From an uncultured virus (IMG/VR IMGVR_UViG_3300028833_000012) (lineage: Duplodnaviria > Heunggongvirae > Uroviricota > Caudoviricetes): DNA of 20,000 bases. The stretch lies in IMG/VR virus record IMGVR_UViG_3300028833_000012, one strand, 5' to 3'. The position numbers and the translations under genes are program-made. Below, one piece after another: positions 16,253 through 20,000 of this stretch. The notes beneath the pieces were generated by a model. That model was not told the DNA's origin and ran no database searches. It worked only from the letters and a program-made list of their open reading frames with translations. The number at the start of each line of letters is the position of its first letter. Position 1 is the stretch's first letter.

Positions 16253-16807
16253 TTACAGTCGAATCGGTAAGATTACGCCAACACCGTACTCAGAGCATGC
16301 CCAGATCGGAGAGAGAGATTTTTTACTGCGGTCGATGTAGAAATCGGCATCCGGCAGTGCCGTCAGCATGTCGCGGAGATATGCCGAATTATATACCGGC
16401 GAATCTGCATACCTTCCGGCACGGAAGCAGAGTGAACTTTTGCCGTGACTGAACGTGCCTGATTTTACGTCAGCCTCCGTAAATTTCAGAAGTTCGGAAT
16501 CCTCATTCGTCAGGTCGTATACGTTTTTCAGTAGCTTTTCAACAGTTTTGTGCATATTTGCCGTCCGTGCCTGATCTTCCGGGCCTGCAATGTGAATCCC
16601 GTAAAGCGCCGGGACGCCCTCAGCGGGTACCTTGGCGAGCGCGATTGCCCGATAACCGTCAGTTTGAATGTAGCCGATTGGTGAATCCCAGCCGTTGATC
16701 GGCTGATTGATTCGTTCCCCGGCAGCGTTGTACCGGGTAACTCTTGCAGAGTTTGCAAAGATCTTGCGAATGACTGCGGCGGCTTTTTTGTCAGTATAGC
16801 GCGGCAT
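16253..16807 (-). CDS. miniature beta-clamp-like protein
   Basis: TDGYRA, YNSAYL.D, SP and C-terminal VILPIRL mirror DnaN motifs; SD AAAGGAG. Confidence 0.55.
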   Translation of the reverse strand: MPRYTDKKAAAVIRKIFANSARVTRYNAAGERINQPINGWDSPIGYIQTDGYRAIALAKVPAEGVPALYGIHIAGPEDQARTANMHKTVEKLLKNVYDLTNEDSELLKFTEADVKSGTFSHGKSSLCFRAGRYADSPVYNSAYLRDMLTALPDADFYIDRSKKSLSPIWACSEYGVGVILPIRL

Positions 16808-16822
16808 AATGTCATCTCCTTT

Positions 16823-17419
16823 TCAGAATTTCCACGACTTGGTGTGAATGTGGTTCAGGTTGCTTAGCAAAATTCCATTGTGCTCTGTAAATTTCCCGAT
16901 GGTGACAATCTCTCCGGTTCCGTCCATGATTGCCAGTCTAGACCAACCGATCAGAGATTCGATCTCGGTCAGAAGTGCGGCGTCAATGTCGCTGGTTGTG
17001 CGCATCATGCCGGACAAATACCCGGCGACGAATAGCGCGGTGTCGCTGTAGTTGTGTTCGGCGGGATCGGCAGTGACCGGGATAATGCCGTTGTGCGCAA
17101 TGCCAACGGTGCAACGGACATCCAGCGCCTTGGTAATGGAAAGCCTCGACGTCAGTGGAAACGGCTGGGTCATCTCAGGATTTACACCGGCCTGTGTAGA
17201 AATGCGGAAATGATAGACAACCGGATCGGCGGCGGTCAGGCGCTCAGACCGGACGGCCCGCCAGAAATCATCAAACCACATGAACCCCTTATGTATTTCC
17301 ACACGTCCGCCACGGGCCAGCATATAGCCGGCCCCGTGCGGGTTGTGGTTGAACATGGCAAGCAGCTCGGCCTTGGTGGGTTGCCGCGTGCCGCGTTCAG
17401 AAACTGCAATTACACACAT
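16823..17419 (-). CDS. class II (Ntn) glutamine amidotransferase
   Basis: N-terminal MC, NPHGAG, HFRIST, PF, HNGII, SDT. Confidence 0.88.
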   Translation of the reverse strand: MCVIAVSERGTRQPTKAELLAMFNHNPHGAGYMLARGGRVEIHKGFMWFDDFWRAVRSERLTAADPVVYHFRISTQAGVNPEMTQPFPLTSRLSITKALDVRCTVGIAHNGIIPVTADPAEHNYSDTALFVAGYLSGMMRTTSDIDAALLTEIESLIGWSRLAIMDGTGEIVTIGKFTEHNGILLSNLNHIHTKSWKF

Positions 17420-17423
17420 GTGC

Positions 17424-17879
17424 TCAACCTCCGATCACAAATTCGCAAATGTCGCCGTTCGGTTTTTTGCAAAGTTCGCTGTAAATTTTCAAAATATCCT
17501 CGTCGGTGATCGACTCCGCCATTTTACACAGGTCTTTGTAATTCTTTCGCGGGTGCTTTCCGCCGTCCATGTCCCGCTGATGTCCGAAACCAGAGGAGAC
17601 CATAACGCCGGGCGTGCTGCTGGGCCGCCAGAAGGTCAGATCCATCTCGATATGGTAGTGCCCGGCAGGCGTCCGCCAGCGGCAGCCGTACTCGTTTACG
17701 TGATGTTCGACGTTTTCAACATACCAGAGTTTAGCGCGGAGCTCGCCGCCGTCCTTGGTCTCGATGCTGCGATAGATGGTCTTTTCACTCCACAGTACAT
17801 AGTATTTCCAATCAAAATGCCAGTTGCCGGGTGCCTGATTCTCCAACTTGTTTGCCTGTTCTCTCGTGATGGTTGCCAT
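17424..17879 (-). CDS. hypothetical protein (151 aa)
   Basis: SD GAGGTG before ATG 17879. Confidence 0.75.
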   Translation of the reverse strand: MATITREQANKLENQAPGNWHFDWKYYVLWSEKTIYRSIETKDGGELRAKLWYVENVEHHVNEYGCRWRTPAGHYHIEMDLTFWRPSSTPGVMVSSGFGHQRDMDGGKHPRKNYKDLCKMAESITDEDILKIYSELCKKPNGDICEFVIGG

Positions 17880-17913
17880 TGTTTTTTCCACCTCTCACTG
17901 TAATTTGCGGTTT

Positions 17914-17978
17914 TCCCGCGACGCCCTGTAAATTCAGAGCGTTTCGGCTGGGAACCATCCAGCACTCGTCAGGCGGGA
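17914..17978 (-). ncRNA. type I hammerhead ribozyme
   Basis: UCCCGC-CUGACGA-G(U)GCUGG-AUGGUUC-CCAGCC-GAAA-CGCUCUG-AAUUUA-CAGGGCG-UC^GCGGGA: full catalytic core and three stems. Confidence 0.9.
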
Positions 17979-17980
17979 TT

Positions 17981-18178
17981 TTACAGTTGGCCTTGTAAAA
18001 CCTCATTCAGAAACCAGTCGTAGCCAGGGACGCGGGACCCGTCCGGGCGGATATACTCGACACGGAATGTTTGCGGGTTCATCCGAACGGCGACGCCGGG
18101 AGCGTGCTGCGCTTCCGCAAGCTTGACGGCGGCACGCTCGTGCGGAAATTGCTTGAAGCTGGGATTGAACATTGTCAT
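17981..18178 (-). CDS. small hypothetical protein (65 aa)
   Basis: SD GGAGG. Confidence 0.7.
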   Translation of the reverse strand: MTMFNPSFKQFPHERAAVKLAEAQHAPGVAVRMNPQTFRVEYIRPDGSRVPGYDWFLNEVLQGQL

Positions 18179-18204
18179 GGTTTACACCCTCCACTGTATT
18201 TTTT

Positions 18205-18227
18205 GCCCGTGTTGCCGATAGCGCAGC
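18205..18227 (-). ncRNA. small pseudoknot-like motif, copy 1
   Basis: GCTG-CGCTAT-CGGC-AAC-ACGGGC. Confidence 0.45.
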
Positions 18228-18240
18228 GGTTTTTTACGGT

Positions 18241-18591
18241 TTACGCTGTAATTTTCTGCACCTGATCCCTTGTAAACCAGAACGCCTTGCGGAGATAGCA
18301 GCGGCCGCCCGTGACTGTTTCGCCGTCCGTATCGCCGTCGCCGTCTCCATCAGAATCGGCCCGGCGTCCGCTCTTGTACTTCCAGACCGGGAACGCGGCC
18401 CGCGCGTGTTCGCCCTTTTTGACGATAAAGCCGAGAGACTTCCAGCCATTAAAAGTGTGAATTTCTTCCGGCAGTGCAATCCTGACCGGTTCGCCGTTTT
18501 CGTTTTCGCCGTCCATGTATCCGGCAATTTTCAGAACGCCTTCCTGCATCAGCCGTACAGACTCATTCAGAATGATTTGATTGTTTGTCAT
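18241..18591 (-). CDS. ArdC N-terminal-like ssDNA-binding domain protein
   Basis: HTFNGWKSLGFIVKKGEHA...W....F...QV; lacks the ArdC zincin domain. Confidence 0.65.
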   Translation of the reverse strand: MTNNQIILNESVRLMQEGVLKIAGYMDGENENGEPVRIALPEEIHTFNGWKSLGFIVKKGEHARAAFPVWKYKSGRRADSDGDGDGDTDGETVTGGRCYLRKAFWFTRDQVQKITA

Positions 18592-18635
18592 AGCGCCCGC
18601 CTTCCTTTCTGTTTTTCCGTCGTGTGGTGTAAGTT

Positions 18636-18709
18636 TGCGCTGACTCTGTATTCTTCCGGGCTTGTCACCGGCGGCCGCCATTCAGAAGGTGACCGGCTAC
18701 ATTAGCGCA
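18636..18709 (-). ncRNA. type-P1 twister ribozyme
   Basis: UGCGC-U^AA-UGUA-GC-[CGGUC..GGCCG]-CCGG-UGAC-AAGC-CCGG-AAGAA-UACA-GA-GUCA-GCGCA: P1-P4 and both pseudoknots can form. Confidence 0.9.
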
Positions 18710-18724
18710 CCGGGCCGGGAACCC

Positions 18725-19690
18725 TCAGTCAAGGATCCCCGTTTCCGGCTTCACGTTGTGCTCAATCTCTACCATCTCATGCGGCATGAGCTGTCCTACG
18801 CTGTCAATCCGTTCGGCGACGTACTGATTGCACCCGGAAAATATAGCGGTCACGCTGTCGCACTGTTTCCATGTCAGCCGCTTCACACGGTCCACAAGGT
18901 GGAAGATAATTTCCATCGTTGCGCGGAATGTTTCAAAGTTGCTTTGCCCGCCCACAAGCCGAATCTCAATGCGTCCGCTGTTGTAGTGCCCGAGATTAAA
19001 GCTGCAATGATGGTTTGACATGAAATGGTTAAGGTCCATGCCCTGCGCGTTGAGATACTCCATCCGGTCACAATAGAATGTATCGCCGGTTCGGTTCAAC
19101 AGTCGGCACATGAGCTCAAAGTGACGGTTGATAATGTAATACAGTTTGCGGATTGCCTCCGCTTGATTCTCTTCAGTCGTTCCGAAACATGCGTTTGAAA
19201 TGTTTACGTGCATGCCGCAGTTGCCGGACCGGCTACAGGAAATGCCGAACAGCGGGAAATACTTGTCATACATTGCTTTGAATGCCGGATACATATTGCG
19301 CACGGCCTCTTTTGTCATCGGCATTGTGATGCATTCCGCGCTTGAATCTCCGCCCAAGCTTCCATCGCGCTGCATCTTGAAGAGCCCTGACGGGAAAAGC
19401 GGAAAGATGATACTATCGTAGACATTTGCAAGAATGTTGTCACTGTTGATCCCATAGCATTCCGTCTCAATCTCAACACCGTAACCTTTGACGGGCTTTC
19501 CGGTTTCAAGCGTGCGGCCGTCGTCCTGTATCGTGATCCATCTGTCAGTCGTGCGCAGTTTGAAACCGTTTTCATATCCCATCTGCGCATAGCTTTCGGA
19601 ATGTTCCATGCGGCCGCGGCCGTTGTCATGATAGGCCTGGACGTGTGCAATCCTGACGTCGATTGCCTGTTGATTCTTCTTGCTTGCCAT
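18725..19690 (-). CDS. putative amidoligase (COOH-NH2 ligase, glutamine-synthetase fold)
   Basis: GVEIET, RDGSL, AECIT, CGMHVNI, IEIRL motifs; ATG at 19690 after AGGAAGG. Confidence 0.8.
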   Translation of the reverse strand: MASKKNQQAIDVRIAHVQAYHDNGRGRMEHSESYAQMGYENGFKLRTTDRWITIQDDGRTLETGKPVKGYGVEIETECYGINSDNILANVYDSIIFPLFPSGLFKMQRDGSLGGDSSAECITMPMTKEAVRNMYPAFKAMYDKYFPLFGISCSRSGNCGMHVNISNACFGTTEENQAEAIRKLYYIINRHFELMCRLLNRTGDTFYCDRMEYLNAQGMDLNHFMSNHHCSFNLGHYNSGRIEIRLVGGQSNFETFRATMEIIFHLVDRVKRLTWKQCDSVTAIFSGCNQYVAERIDSVGQLMPHEMVEIEHNVKPETGILD

Positions 19691-19734
19691 TGTGATCCGC
19701 CTTCCTGCCGCTTGTGCGGCCGTCGCTTTGCTAT

Positions 19735-19833
19735 CCGGATATATCCGGCTGACAATGGATATTATACGGATATTTGCCGACTTTAACATACCATAGACGG
19801 ATTTCGTTATGGATAATACGGATAAAATCGGAT
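19735..19833 (-). promoter_or_regulatory. putative promoter/operator region of the minus-strand operon
   Basis: Perfect TATAAT (19766-19761) with no clear -35; palindrome CCGGATATATCCGG (19735-19748); seven GGAT boxes at roughly 10-bp phasing. Confidence 0.55.
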
Positions 19834-19873
19834 TGTTTGCGCTGTTTTATAACTTTTGAGTTTTTGCATACAT

Positions 19874-20000
19874 GATCCGGTTTTTCCGTCTGCGGCTGGA
19901 AGATCCGGTTTTTCCGTCTGCGGCTGGAAGATCCGGTTTTTCCGTCTGCGGCTGGAAGATCCGGTTTTTCCGTCTGCGGCTGGAAGATCCGGTTTTTCCG
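19874..20000. repeat. perfect 28-bp tandem repeat, at least 4.5 copies, truncated by the window edge
   Basis: Unit GATCCGGTTTTTCCGTCTGCGGCTGGAA at 19874, 19902, 19930, 19958 and 19986 (partial). Confidence 0.95.

Noticed and set aside
19874..20000. CRISPR array
   Set aside because: Units are directly adjacent with no spacers, and no cas genes are present
1..20000. tRNA (including an amber suppressor), integrase or transposase
   Set aside because: None recognised by eye, so TAG recoding and prophage status cannot be established from this window

Overview
A 20-kb segment of a tailed phage or prophage, probably infecting a Clostridia-like Firmicute (inferred from gene families and strong SD sites). 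Positions 1-13365 (+) are a densely overlapping middle/replication operon. It carries DNA methyltransferases (one split at a G7 run), MazG-like and ThyX-like enzymes, a tandem array of Zn-ribbon genes (one with in-frame TAGs), a beta sliding clamp and a DUF927 helicase. The helicase is followed by a ~250-bp inverted repeat (likely origin), a glycosyltransferase with a probable ATC start, and the terminase small subunit. No terL follows. After an ~820-bp non-coding gap, a convergent minus-strand operon (14184-19690) encodes an amidoligase, an ArdC-N-like protein, a class II glutamine amidotransferase, a miniature beta-clamp-like protein, a stand-alone FtsK ATPase and an AcrIC5-like fusion. The spacers of this operon contain a complete type-P1 twister ribozyme, a complete type I hammerhead ribozyme and two copies of a small pseudoknot-like motif. 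It therefore looks like a ribozyme-processed early/anti-defence polycistron. Separately, the hexamer TCAGAA is strongly enriched on one strand only (about 38 vs 2 by manual count), and a 28-bp tandem repeat runs off the right edge. All family calls are from motif recognition by eye; no searches were run.
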